64,000 bases of DNA from a virus, in IMG/VR virus record IMGVR_UViG_3300020129_000672, positions 13,211-77,210 of that record; one strand, written 5' to 3'. The position numbers and the translations under genes are program-made. Positions 34,582 through 44,252 of the stretch are shown here, piece after piece. The stretch's first letter is position 1. Every line of letters begins with the position of its first letter. The notes beneath the pieces were generated by a model. That model was not told the DNA's origin and made no database searches. It saw only the letters and a program-made list of their open reading frames with translations.

Positions 34582-37316
34582 AGACCGTTCGTCTGTTCTT
34601 TTTTTTTCTCCTGATTTTTCGGGCGTTTCCGCAAGCGACTCCCCCGCAGTATCCCTATCCTGATCCGCTTCCAATTTCGGGCGACATCCCGTCCCTCCAT
34701 AGCCTCAAGGTAACGAAGGCTATCACCCCTACGGCCTATGAGGATGAGCGGCCGGTCGTGTGGGATGATTTTGTTGGTGGTGGTTATCACACGTGCCTCA
34801 ACGGAACAGAGCGCGATAATATACTGCAGGGCCGCCGGAAGGAGGGGATGCTCGTTTGGGTGGCGTTCGACAATCATACATACCGTTTGGCGTCGGACCT
34901 GACGACCTGGACCGATCTGGGGATCCTTGCCGCCGGTGGGAGTGTCACCACGATCTACACCGGAAACGGCACATTGGCAGGAAACAGAACGATCACCGGA
35001 TCGAACTTCAATCTCGATCTGGTTGGGCTTGGAAATTTTAGCGCGCTGGCCAATACATCGATCACACTGGCGGCGCCGACCATCACGCTCAACGGTGGGA
35101 GTTTTACTCGGATCAACAACAGCGGGCCCTATCCCTTTCTGTTCGCCGCCGCTCCGTCAGTCGCCGGATCAACCCATCAATTGCTGGCCCGCAATCCTTC
35201 GACCGGGGAAGTGACATTCACACCCGACGCAACGATCGGTGGGTCGTCCGGTGTTTATCGCGGCGTGACGTCTGGGACGCCCGGATTTTGGGTGGCCGCC
35301 ACTTCTGCACTGACCCCTCCCTACAGTAGCGCCAGCCAGCCGCCAGAGGCCACTGTGGCGGTCCTGAAGTTCCCGTCCAACTCGGTTGGCAACGATACGC
35401 TCCAGTTGGGCGACAGCACGACCGGCATCGCGATCAAGCGAAAGGACGGAAGCGCCGTTCAGGCGGATGACATCACGGCCGGTCAGTACATTCTGTTTAC
35501 CCGGGCGGGCACCCTATCTGGCGCCCACTGGACGTGCGAGTCGTGTGGCCAGGGAGGATCACCCTCACCGGACGTCAACGGCGTGGTGTCGGTCGATACC
35601 ATTTCGGAGCTCATCAATTCGACGGCCAACGTGGTTATCACTCGCGGGTACTACACCATAGGTGACGGCGGTCACGGAGCTTATCGGCTGGATACTGCGG
35701 CGGTTGACGCTACGAACACGGTGACGACCTTCGAGGCGGCGACCGGTCGGTACTTCCTGATGCAAAGTGGATCGATCAGCGCCTTGCAGGCGGGGGCGCC
35801 GACTGATGGAACGACCGATGCCGGTCCGTACCTTCAGGCGCTGCTCGATGCCTGTCCGAACCTGACGGCTCGGATTGATCCCTTTCCCTACCGGGTAGTC
35901 GGACAGCTGAACCCACCAGATGACGTCAAGGTGATTGCCCGCGGTGCGACTCTCACGATCGAAACGACGTCTGAGTGCGGAGTGGCTGTCAGTTCTAATT
36001 TCATCTGGGACGGCGGAACGGTCGTTGATGCTGCTCAGGACGGGGGATCGTCCGATAATGTACACTGTCCGTTTCGATTCGGGGATTATAGCGGAGTATC
36101 CAATGCTGGGGTCAGCAATTCGACGATCCGAAATGTTACTTTTTACTCAACTGGCTATGACGGAGTCGGGGCGCTTGTCACTCAAAATAGCCATAACATT
36201 ACGATTGAACATTTTGAAATCCCGAACAACAGTTCGATGGGTGGCGGGATCGAAGTGCACTGGGGATATGTGACGTCCGGAAATGCCGCGTTAGGTACCA
36301 GGCACCCGCATGGAGTGAAGGTCAGCCAGGGACATATTGGAAACCTCACTCACTCCGATTCGGCCGGTCTGATCGTCTCCGCCAGTTACAGCCTGCAGTA
36401 CGACAATGTGACGATCGACCAGTGCCGGTATCCGATCTTTGCCGTCTGTGGTGATTTTGGGTTTCATTACTCGGGCTTTCAGGGGCAGCAACTTGGTTCG
36501 GTTGTATATCGGACTGTCACCTGTCTCGATTCATTGTTGGCCGGTGCGTACGTCCGAGGCTTGGATTCCGACTCGATTCAGCGGACGGTCAATTACGTGA
36601 TCGACAGCTGCACTCTAATCGGCCCGAACGCCGGGGCCGGTTTGGGCGGCCTGTATCTCGATAACGTCCGGAACCTGACGGTCCAGAACTCGGTTATCTC
36701 CGTTCATCAATATGGGACGGTCCTGACCAACGGGTGTTCAAATATCGGTCTGATCGGAAATCTTTTCACGACCAACGCACTGGGTGGGATCGTCCTATCT
36801 GACCCGAGTAGTAGTGGGGTGACCGTCAGGGGTAATCGGCTGCAGAACAATTGTGCCAGCCTGAGTGGCACTAATGCGGCGGCCATCAGAATCGTTGCTG
36901 GCAGCAACCACCGGATCATCGATAACGACATTGGAAACCCAATTACCGAGGCCAACCAGGAGGTGGGCATTCTGTGTATTCCGCCGGCCAGCAACATTAC
37001 GATTACGGGCAATAACGTGATCAACGTGAAGGGTGGAGGAGTTAGCGAAGGTTACTATCTTGGTAATGCTGCAGACTTTGGTCATCTCTGGCTAGTATCT
37101 GGAAATCAATCCAACTCAACTACTCTGATGGCCGTGCCGCAGAATCTCCCGTTCTTGGTCAGGGGTAAGTACCGAACTTTTGCGGGCACCACCACACCGA
37201 GCGTTGGGACATTTATCAAGGGAGATCGTGTGGAGTTCAATGAAGCGACTTCTACGCCGTTTGCCATTATCTGCACGACTGGCGGATCAAGCGGGAGCTG
37301 GGCAACAATTTACTGA
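34578..37316 (+). CDS. tailspike/depolymerase (beta-helix) with N-terminal signal peptide
   Basis: MKTVRLFFFFLLIFRAFPQ; ER..I.QGRRKEGMLV domain; RGYYTIGDGGHG; DGTTDAGPYLQALLD and right-handed beta-helix repeats. Confidence 0.8.
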   Translation: MKTVRLFFFFLLIFRAFPQATPPQYPYPDPLPISGDIPSLHSLKVTKAITPTAYEDERPVVWDDFVGGGYHTCLNGTERDNILQGRRKEGMLVWVAFDNHTYRLASDLTTWTDLGILAAGGSVTTIYTGNGTLAGNRTITGSNFNLDLVGLGNFSALANTSITLAAPTITLNGGSFTRINNSGPYPFLFAAAPSVAGSTHQLLARNPSTGEVTFTPDATIGGSSGVYRGVTSGTPGFWVAATSALTPPYSSASQPPEATVAVLKFPSNSVGNDTLQLGDSTTGIAIKRKDGSAVQADDITAGQYILFTRAGTLSGAHWTCESCGQGGSPSPDVNGVVSVDTISELINSTANVVITRGYYTIGDGGHGAYRLDTAAVDATNTVTTFEAATGRYFLMQSGSISALQAGAPTDGTTDAGPYLQALLDACPNLTARIDPFPYRVVGQLNPPDDVKVIARGATLTIETTSECGVAVSSNFIWDGGTVVDAAQDGGSSDNVHCPFRFGDYSGVSNAGVSNSTIRNVTFYSTGYDGVGALVTQNSHNITIEHFEIPNNSSMGGGIEVHWGYVTSGNAALGTRHPHGVKVSQGHIGNLTHSDSAGLIVSASYSLQYDNVTIDQCRYPIFAVCGDFGFHYSGFQGQQLGSVVYRTVTCLDSLLAGAYVRGLDSDSIQRTVNYVIDSCTLIGPNAGAGLGGLYLDNVRNLTVQNSVISVHQYGTVLTNGCSNIGLIGNLFTTNALGGIVLSDPSSSGVTVRGNRLQNNCASLSGTNAAAIRIVAGSNHRIIDNDIGNPITEANQEVGILCIPPASNITITGNNVINVKGGGVSEGYYLGNAADFGHLWLVSGNQSNSTTLMAVPQNLPFLVRGKYRTFAGTTTPSVGTFIKGDRVEFNEATSTPFAIICTTGGSSGSWATIY

Positions 37317-37319
37317 GCC

Positions 37320-38024
37320 ATGAGGATTTTCTTTCTTGCCGCATGGCTGACTGCTCAATCGGTGCTGGCCGACTGGAAGTCTGACTTGGTCGTTTACTGG
37401 ATGACAGGTCACCCGTCGATCGCCATTACGTCGTCCAATATCTTTGGCATCGAGCACGCGGCCGGATCGTTCACCGGCGTCAGTATCGGCGATCAGACGG
37501 GCCCACTGTCCGGCCTGTGCACCGGGTTCGTCACCGACGGTGTTTGTGGCGGTAGTGTTCAGAATTGCACGTGGACCAGGCGATACCGCAATTCAACCAA
37601 CGACGCATTTCTCTACCGAACGTGTCGTCCGCTTTCCAGTGGTATCTCCTACGTGGCGACCAACACTGTTCCGGGCACGCCTGTTCAATGGTTGTCAATC
37701 GTCGATCGCGTGTGGTACACCGGAACGGTCTTTGGCGACTGTTGTGGTTTTCCCTACACGTTTCCTGACGGGATGGTTGCCTACTACGGCGTACTCTATT
37801 TTGACGGCCACATGCCGGTGGCTGGCGACAGCGATAGTCCGTTGTTTGCCCGGAACCAGGATGGAGTTCATTGGGACTTTGCTGGCGCGGTGGCCGGTAC
37901 TGACAGCGGTCATGTGGTGGCGTACTTTCTGTGGCCGGAGGGAGTTCAGTACCGACCGTCTTCACCGGCTGTCATTTCAAATGTTGGTCTATCGCAACTT
38001 TTCAACTCTGATCCCGATCGTTAA
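37320..38024 (+). CDS. exported hypothetical protein (possible trypsin-like fold)
   Basis: Signal MRIFFLAAWLTAQSVLA; GDSDSPLF resembles GDSGxP. Confidence 0.55.
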   Translation: MRIFFLAAWLTAQSVLADWKSDLVVYWMTGHPSIAITSSNIFGIEHAAGSFTGVSIGDQTGPLSGLCTGFVTDGVCGGSVQNCTWTRRYRNSTNDAFLYRTCRPLSSGISYVATNTVPGTPVQWLSIVDRVWYTGTVFGDCCGFPYTFPDGMVAYYGVLYFDGHMPVAGDSDSPLFARNQDGVHWDFAGAVAGTDSGHVVAYFLWPEGVQYRPSSPAVISNVGLSQLFNSDPDR

Positions 38025-38028
38025 ATTT

Positions 38029-38412
38029 ATGGACCAACCAATACCCGCGCCACTACCGCCATCACCGATTCCGCCTGGTACGCCAACGTCCGATGTAATC
38101 AGGTACCTGATTGGATCGAGCAATTTAGGAAGCTCGATCAAGAGTATCCTGGTGGCGATTGTTGTTGCCTGGTTCGGGTCGGACAAGACCCGGTCGTTCT
38201 GGAACAACACGAGCCTGACGGCCGTGACCGACAGCCACGTTGCTCTGGCGACGAATGTGCTGGACCGGCTTGACCGGATGGAGACACTGATGGCTCGTCC
38301 GCGCACCCAGGGAGGAATGGGGGTGGATCTGACGGACCCGCGGAACAGCCGGCCTGGACCGTTCTACCCACCGCTGCCATCAACCAACCGCCTGCTTCGA
38401 AAGGTTCCGTGA
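38029..38412 (+). CDS. single-TM membrane protein (holin-like candidate)
   Basis: ATG 38029 inside track ORF 37444..38412; SILVAIVVAWF. Confidence 0.55.
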   Translation: MDQPIPAPLPPSPIPPGTPTSDVIRYLIGSSNLGSSIKSILVAIVVAWFGSDKTRSFWNNTSLTAVTDSHVALATNVLDRLDRMETLMARPRTQGGMGVDLTDPRNSRPGPFYPPLPSTNRLLRKVP

Positions 38413-38415
38413 CCG

Positions 38416-38730
38416 ATGGCTCCGCCCGTCAAACAAAACACCAATGTCGTTATCACGACGTTGATCTTGGCGGCGTTTATTCCAACGCTTTCTTCGATTG
38501 CGACTTATATTCAGAGCCGGGCATCGGCCGCTACGGTTGAAAAAGTACACGAGCTGGTGAATAGTAAGAGCGATGCCCAGACCGCTCAGATTAAGGAACT
38601 CATTCAGGCCAACAAAGATCTGGCATCCAAGCTGGCGGTGCTTGAAGAACGGCTTAGGCCGATACCGGAATCGACCAAGACTACGACTTTAACTGACGAG
38701 CAATTAAATCGCCTGATAAATAGAAAGTAA
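38416..38730 (+). CDS. TM plus coiled-coil protein (holin-like candidate)
   Basis: N-terminal TM followed by a coiled coil. Confidence 0.6.
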   Translation: MAPPVKQNTNVVITTLILAAFIPTLSSIATYIQSRASAATVEKVHELVNSKSDAQTAQIKELIQANKDLASKLAVLEERLRPIPESTKTTTLTDEQLNRLINRK

Positions 38731-38734
38731 TTAT

Positions 38735-38911
38735 ATGTCTCTAGGATTATGCTTTTGGATTTTGATGATGTTATGGCTTGTGTTTGGACTTTGGTCTAAC
38801 TGGCCAGCCACTGGATCATCTGGAATTCGACCGTTGGGTGGAACCTTGTTACTATTTTTTGTAATTTTTATACTTGGATGGGCTCAATTTGGGCCTCCTG
38901 TTCATCGGTGA
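38735..38911 (+). CDS. small two-TM membrane protein (58 aa, below track cut-off)
   Basis: MSLGLCFWILMMLWLVFGLWSNWP...GGTLLLFFVIFILGWAQFGPPVHR. Confidence 0.75.
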   Translation: MSLGLCFWILMMLWLVFGLWSNWPATGSSGIRPLGGTLLLFFVIFILGWAQFGPPVHR

Positions 38912-38913
38912 CT

Positions 38914-39753
38914 ATGACCGGAATATACATGATTAGGAATACGATGAGCGGTAGACAATATGTCGGATCTGCGTTGAACATACATCAACGGTGGCATTCT
39001 CATCGATCTTTGCTTTCCAAAGGAAAGCATCACTCGGTTACTTTGCAGCGTTCATGGATAAAACATTCTCCCGAGGCGTTTTTGTTTGAAATATTGGAGC
39101 AGGTTGAGGATGCCAACCAACTTGTTCCTCGTGAGCAGTTCTGGATCGACAAACTTAACTCAGCTTGCCCGCGTACTGGATTCAATATATCACCAACGGC
39201 TGGAAGCCCGCTTGGAGTAAAGCACTCTTTTGAAACTCGTGCCAAGATGTCAGCAATTAGAAAAGGAGTAAAGTTTGGGCCACAAAGCGACGCTCACAAA
39301 GCCGCGTTGAGAAAGTCGAGACTTGGAACAAAGCATTCGCTTGCAACTCGATGTAAAATGTCAGCAGCGCGAAAGGGTGTTCCAAAACCTCCGTTTAGCG
39401 AGGATCACAAAGCTGCAATGAGCTTAGCAAGGTTACGGTACGAAAGCGATACGGGAAGAACGGCTATAAGAAACAAATCGGATCATATGCGTGAGATGGT
39501 TAGGGCATCTAAAATTAAGCGTTATTCCACACCAGAAGGGATTGAAGAATTAAGATCTATGGCCATAAAACGGTGGGCAATTAAAAGATTATCAGGAGAA
39601 CCGCTTGGCCGTCCGATGTCTGATGAAACAAAGCTTAAATTAAGCATTGCTGAGAAAGGAAAAATGACAGACCAACACAAAGCTGCAATCGCGGCAAGCA
39701 ATCGAAGACGATCAACTTCAAATCACGCATTCGGTCCACCGATCCATAACTAA
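38914..39753 (+). CDS. GIY-YIG homing endonuclease with NUMOD3-like repeats
   Basis: TGIYMI...YVGSA...R...H; REQFWI; FNI; HSFETRAKMS, HSLATRCKMS, MSDETKLKLS; AT-rich. Confidence 0.92.
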   Translation: MTGIYMIRNTMSGRQYVGSALNIHQRWHSHRSLLSKGKHHSVTLQRSWIKHSPEAFLFEILEQVEDANQLVPREQFWIDKLNSACPRTGFNISPTAGSPLGVKHSFETRAKMSAIRKGVKFGPQSDAHKAALRKSRLGTKHSLATRCKMSAARKGVPKPPFSEDHKAAMSLARLRYESDTGRTAIRNKSDHMREMVRASKIKRYSTPEGIEELRSMAIKRWAIKRLSGEPLGRPMSDETKLKLSIAEKGKMTDQHKAAIAASNRRRSTSNHAFGPPIHN

Positions 39754-39842
39754 GTTGGTCCGCTATCGGACCGATATGCTATTGAATGAAAAGCTTTTCC
39801 TCAGATTCGAAAAGCAACATACTGTCGGTACTAATCGATGGT

Positions 39843-40130
39843 ATGGCGACGAATAAAAAAATGACGGCCAGCCACCGGGCGTTTGTCTGGCTGGCGCTTG
39901 GTTCATTGATCGGTGGAATGATCGATGTACGAGGTTCGCTCGCGCCGTTGGCCAAACTGCCGCTTGTGCTATCGACCTTGGAGGAACACACGGCCGAACT
40001 GAAGGAACTCCGAAAATTACGGGAGGAAGACCATCGGGCGTTGGAGGAGGTTAAGGATATTTTGCGGCGTAACAAGCTGGCGGCCGGCCAGGATGAAAAA
40101 GGCCTATCAACCGTTAAATATTCCGAATGA
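39843..40130 (+). CDS. TM plus coiled-coil protein
   Basis: FVWLALGSLIGGMI followed by a coiled coil. Confidence 0.55.
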   Translation: MATNKKMTASHRAFVWLALGSLIGGMIDVRGSLAPLAKLPLVLSTLEEHTAELKELRKLREEDHRALEEVKDILRRNKLAAGQDEKGLSTVKYSE

Positions 40131-40251
40131 AGACCAAGAAGTTAAAGAAGCGTCGACCGGCTGTTCAGCGGGATATCCCAAAGCCGGTTCAACCTGGAAC
40201 GATTCCGCCGTCGACCCCGATTGATCCGGATAATCCTAAGAAAGAAATTGT

Positions 40252-43200
40252 ATGAAAGCTAAATATCTATTTTTAATTTCAATGCTGCTGATGACCGCAC
40301 TGACGGTCGTTGGGCAGATCACGCCACCGCAGTACCCGTATCCGGATCCGCTGCCGGCCTCTGGTGATATTCCTAATCTTCACAGTCTGAAGGTGACAAA
40401 GGCGCTGAGCACAACCGCCTATGAGGATGAGCGTCCAGTGGTGTGGGATGATTTCATTGGTGGTGGTATGCGATCGGTCGGTTCGACGAACGAGCGGAAT
40501 GCGATTGTTCAAGGTCGACGGAAGGAGGGAATGATGGTGATGGTGAAGTCTGTAAGTCCGGATACCAATGCTTTTGGACTTTACATGCTTCTGAAGGGGA
40601 TCAGCAACACCAATTGGTACAAGATCGCTGACATCACGACGACCAACGGTTTTAACATACCGTCCCTGAAGTCGGTGAATATCTTTAACAGCGACGGTCA
40701 GTTGACGACCAACCGATTGCTGAGTGGCGTTGGGACGTATTCGCTGGGTCTGGCGGGACTCACGGGGTTCAACACGTCGGCCGATAGTTCTCTAATACAG
40801 GCAAACAACCAGAATGTGGTTGGGCTTAATAACCTGACACTAGCGTCGCTCGATCAACTTGATTTATTGGCGCCAAACATATCGATCACCAGTTCGAACA
40901 GTTTTTTGTCGCTCGACCATAACTCAACAACGGTCGGTGCCTATGGTACTAATGGTCTGATTATATTAACTCCGGCAGTTCATGCGACTACCGCCACTGC
41001 CGGGCAGGTCCTGACGTTGATCGACACGAATGGGATTGCTGATTTTGCAACGATCACCGGTGGAACAAACGTCTTTAACATCACGTACACCACGAACTAC
41101 GTGAATGATAACTTCGCCAACACCGACCTGACGTTCACGGGGAACCGGACGCATGATGCGGCGGGGAATAGTTTAGCTATTGATAACATTTCTACTCTTC
41201 AATTATTTGGATCAAGTTTGGCTCAAATTAGATTTCCTTTTATTCAAGTAGACTTGTCCGGAGGAGGAGAAGGAGAAGGATTGTCAATTGCTAATTCTCC
41301 AAATATATCAATAGATGGAGATGGAATGTTCAACGGAGGATTTTTTGTTGGGTCTGGTACTCCAATGTATGGAATAACTCTCGCCAGTAGTGGCGATGTT
41401 ATTTCTCTTGACGTCGATACAACGCAAGGAATAGCATTTAAGAACAAGCAAATCCATGATGGTGTCGCCACTCTAGGTCAGGTTTGGACACTAACGAACG
41501 TCACTACTGGGAAAGGTGTTTGGGCCAACCCGCCCGCCGGACAGAACTTCGCGAATGCGGATTTGACGGCGACTGGTGATAGATACCACGATTTCACTGG
41601 GTATCGCTTAACAATTAACAGCCCTCGCGGTTTTTCAGTAAATTCTATTGATGACACTTTAAGTATTGGTTCTAACTACGAATTAGATATTTCAACTCCA
41701 GATGTTAATAACACAGCGTTGGTTGGCCAATACCTTCAGCTTCAAACTGCTGACGCGGGTGCTGTGGAATACCAAACCATCTACTTCAAAGGCACCGCAA
41801 CCGACTCCGGTGGCGGAGCGTTCGTTGCCGCAACGGCCTCAATCGTTCCGGCCTACAACGATTCGTCTGATCCGCCGGAGTTCATGCAGTTCTACATGAA
41901 ACCGACGTCCGATGCGGTGGCTGATAGTCAACTTCAATTAGGTGACAGTGGAAGTCCTCATTACATAACACGTAAGGATGGCGTGACGCACCTGGCTGAT
42001 GGTGATTTCAAAGCTGGCGCGACGATCATGTTGACGATGGTCGATAGTGGGGCAGGCGCTCATTGGGTGTGCGAGAGTTGTGGAGGTGGCGGTGGACAGA
42101 ACATAGCCAACGCCAATCTTACATTTGATGGTTCTCACACAACCGATGCTGCCGGTTATGATTTCAGCTTAAATAATGTCGCTAATCTTAGTCTTGGAGG
42201 TTCTAGCTCAATATCTGCATCTTTGGGCGGAGGTGTTCAAGCGCAAATTAGCAGTTCGGCCGCGCAATTCCTAATCGTTACAAATACCATTCAGATGAAT
42301 ACTCTGACTGGAGACATATATATGGTAGATCAGGATGTATATGGCGGTAGTTCAACTAATGGAATGGTGTTGACGATGATTGATCAAACAACCGGTAAAG
42401 TGGGATTTAGGAATGCGTCTGGTGGCTCATCAACTAATTTTGCAAACGCCAACCTCACAGCGACCGCCAGCCGGGTCCACGATTGGGCGGGCCACAATCT
42501 GACGATCGAGAATCTGCTGTCGTTCACGATGAGCGATCTTACTGGATCATACATTCAGGTCGGGCCCGCCATTTATCTTTCTAACGGAGCTGGCACGAGC
42601 TTTATCAACATGACGGACAGTGAGACGGAGATTGGTGGAACCAGCACGAACGGTATCAGGCTATTTTCCAAGGGGGTCAATAATGCCACGGTATCCACCA
42701 ACTGGGTGTGGACGTTGCTGAACGCCGCGACGGGCGCCGGTGAATGGGTGGCGGGCAGGAATATGTTCGATGCAAATGGAACACTGGCGGGGAATCGCGT
42801 GGTTTCTGGCGGTGGTCATAGCCTTACCTTCCAAACCGCGCTCTCTGATTTTAATGTGCTGGCGACGAATGTCATTTCCCAGGCGAGCTTGAACAACACG
42901 ATTAATGGCGCATTGATCGGGATGACCGCCAGTTCGTCGGTGACGGTCAATACGCCACTTTTCACAATCAACAACAGTAGCGCCGATGACTTCCTTTTTA
43001 CCTCGACGCCTAATGACGGTACGGACGCCGATCATACGCTCGAACGAAACCCATCGACGGGCGAGGTGCGGTGGAATACCGGCCGGTTTGTCTTTCCGCG
43101 GACGGGCGTCCCGTCGGTCGCCGCCGGTACGGGTGCTGGTACTGGGCCGACCGTTACGCTCGTCCGTCAAAGTGATTCGGCGTTCACCCTCAGTGTCATT

Positions 43201-43431
43201 CCCGGATCGACGCCGGCTGTCAATGCGACGGTTGCGACCGTGACGTTCGCCAGCGCCTATGCGGCGGCCCCTCATTGGTCGCTGGCGGCCGGTAATGCAG
43301 CGACCGCTCTACTGTCGGGCAACAGCGCCTGCTACGGTCAATCGACGACCACCACCTTTGTGTTGAAGAGCGGCCCGACGGCGCTTACTCAAAGTACGAC
43401 CTACCTTTTTGAAGTGATAATCGTAAAGTAA
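40252..43431 (+). CDS. long tail-fibre/adhesin-like protein with N-terminal signal peptide
   Basis: MKAKYLFLISMLLMTALTVVGQ; N-domain near-identical to that of 34578; repeats N(F/I)ANx(D/N)LT...; shared fibre module LQLGDS...RKDG...D..AG. Confidence 0.8.
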   Translation: MKAKYLFLISMLLMTALTVVGQITPPQYPYPDPLPASGDIPNLHSLKVTKALSTTAYEDERPVVWDDFIGGGMRSVGSTNERNAIVQGRRKEGMMVMVKSVSPDTNAFGLYMLLKGISNTNWYKIADITTTNGFNIPSLKSVNIFNSDGQLTTNRLLSGVGTYSLGLAGLTGFNTSADSSLIQANNQNVVGLNNLTLASLDQLDLLAPNISITSSNSFLSLDHNSTTVGAYGTNGLIILTPAVHATTATAGQVLTLIDTNGIADFATITGGTNVFNITYTTNYVNDNFANTDLTFTGNRTHDAAGNSLAIDNISTLQLFGSSLAQIRFPFIQVDLSGGGEGEGLSIANSPNISIDGDGMFNGGFFVGSGTPMYGITLASSGDVISLDVDTTQGIAFKNKQIHDGVATLGQVWTLTNVTTGKGVWANPPAGQNFANADLTATGDRYHDFTGYRLTINSPRGFSVNSIDDTLSIGSNYELDISTPDVNNTALVGQYLQLQTADAGAVEYQTIYFKGTATDSGGGAFVAATASIVPAYNDSSDPPEFMQFYMKPTSDAVADSQLQLGDSGSPHYITRKDGVTHLADGDFKAGATIMLTMVDSGAGAHWVCESCGGGGGQNIANANLTFDGSHTTDAAGYDFSLNNVANLSLGGSSSISASLGGGVQAQISSSAAQFLIVTNTIQMNTLTGDIYMVDQDVYGGSSTNGMVLTMIDQTTGKVGFRNASGGSSTNFANANLTATASRVHDWAGHNLTIENLLSFTMSDLTGSYIQVGPAIYLSNGAGTSFINMTDSETEIGGTSTNGIRLFSKGVNNATVSTNWVWTLLNAATGAGEWVAGRNMFDANGTLAGNRVVSGGGHSLTFQTALSDFNVLATNVISQASLNNTINGALIGMTASSSVTVNTPLFTINNSSADDFLFTSTPNDGTDADHTLERNPSTGEVRWNTGRFVFPRTGVPSVAAGTGAGTGPTVTLVRQSDSAFTLSVIPGSTPAVNATVATVTFASAYAAAPHWSLAAGNAATALLSGNSACYGQSTTTTFVLKSGPTALTQSTTYLFEVIIVK

Positions 43432-43438
43432 CCACACT

Positions 43439-43720
43439 ATGAAAAAACTGATCATTGCGTTTTGTGCTGCTCTGTTGGTCGTCGCCGTTAGGGCGGCAGA
43501 TACCGCGGTTGAAACCGTACCACCCCGACCGAAGGTCGTTCGATCGGCGCCGAATAAGGTGGAACTGCCGGTCACCCGTGCGGAGTTCAATGCGCTGAAG
43601 GCGGAGGTCGCGCAATTGAAGGCCGCTAGCAGGCGACCGACCGTTGCCGTACCACCGGCACGGACGGCCAGGACCAATCAGGTGGCGGTCCCACGTAAGC
43701 CGCCGGTCAGCCCTCCTTGA
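43439..43720 (+). CDS. small exported coiled-coil protein
   Basis: MKKLIIAFCAALLVVAVRAA. Confidence 0.65.
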   Translation: MKKLIIAFCAALLVVAVRAADTAVETVPPRPKVVRSAPNKVELPVTRAEFNALKAEVAQLKAASRRPTVAVPPARTARTNQVAVPRKPPVSPP

Positions 43721-43724
43721 ACCT

Positions 43725-43892
43725 GTGCCGATCAAGTCACAGAAGGAGTGGAAGTTTCTGGCGGTAAATCACCCAGATGTGCTGCACAAGCTGCAGCAGG
43801 ATCAGCCGGTGGTTTATTCCAAACTGCCGGTCGCGGTCGGCCAGAAGGATCGGCTCAGACCGCGGTTGAAGGCCTGGCGCAAGCGACGTTAA
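43725..43892 (+). CDS. small conserved phage protein
   Basis: (M)PIKSQKEWKFLAVNHP...KLP pattern. Confidence 0.55.
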   Translation: MPIKSQKEWKFLAVNHPDVLHKLQQDQPVVYSKLPVAVGQKDRLRPRLKAWRKRR

Positions 43893-43928
43893 TTGCCTTC
43901 AGGTTGGGCAGGCCCTACTGTTTCAAGC

Positions 43929-44249
43929 GTGAAAAGAATTTTAATCGTCCTCGGCCTGACCGTCTTTTGTGGCGGATGCTTTTCTGGTTGCGCGACCGGC
44001 AGTGCCGCCAAGTTGGTTAAGGCATTAGCAAACGATCCGGCCGGCTATTCGCTGAACGTGGATACCCCGTGGGGCAAAGTTCATTTGGTTCGTGCCAACC
44101 CCGGAAGCAATACTCCACCATACAGATTGAGCCCGGATGGAGGGGTTCAAGTGTTGGAGAATATCCAAGGAGCAGCGCCCGCGACGTCCAACAACGACGT
44201 GTTGATGCAGGCGATTCAGCGGATCCCGGTTCAACCACCAGTTCAGTAA
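43929..44249 (+). CDS. lipoprotein
   Basis: KRILIVLGLTVF...FSGC lipobox; TTGCCT-17-TACTGT-7-GTG. Confidence 0.7.
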   Translation: MKRILIVLGLTVFCGGCFSGCATGSAAKLVKALANDPAGYSLNVDTPWGKVHLVRANPGSNTPPYRLSPDGGVQVLENIQGAAPATSNNDVLMQAIQRIPVQPPVQ

Positions 44250-44252
44250 CCG

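Noticed and set aside
39795-39814. Eighth operator copy (ttttcc-N8-gaaaag)
   Set aside because: Mismatches in both arms and no -35 at the 7-nt spacing.
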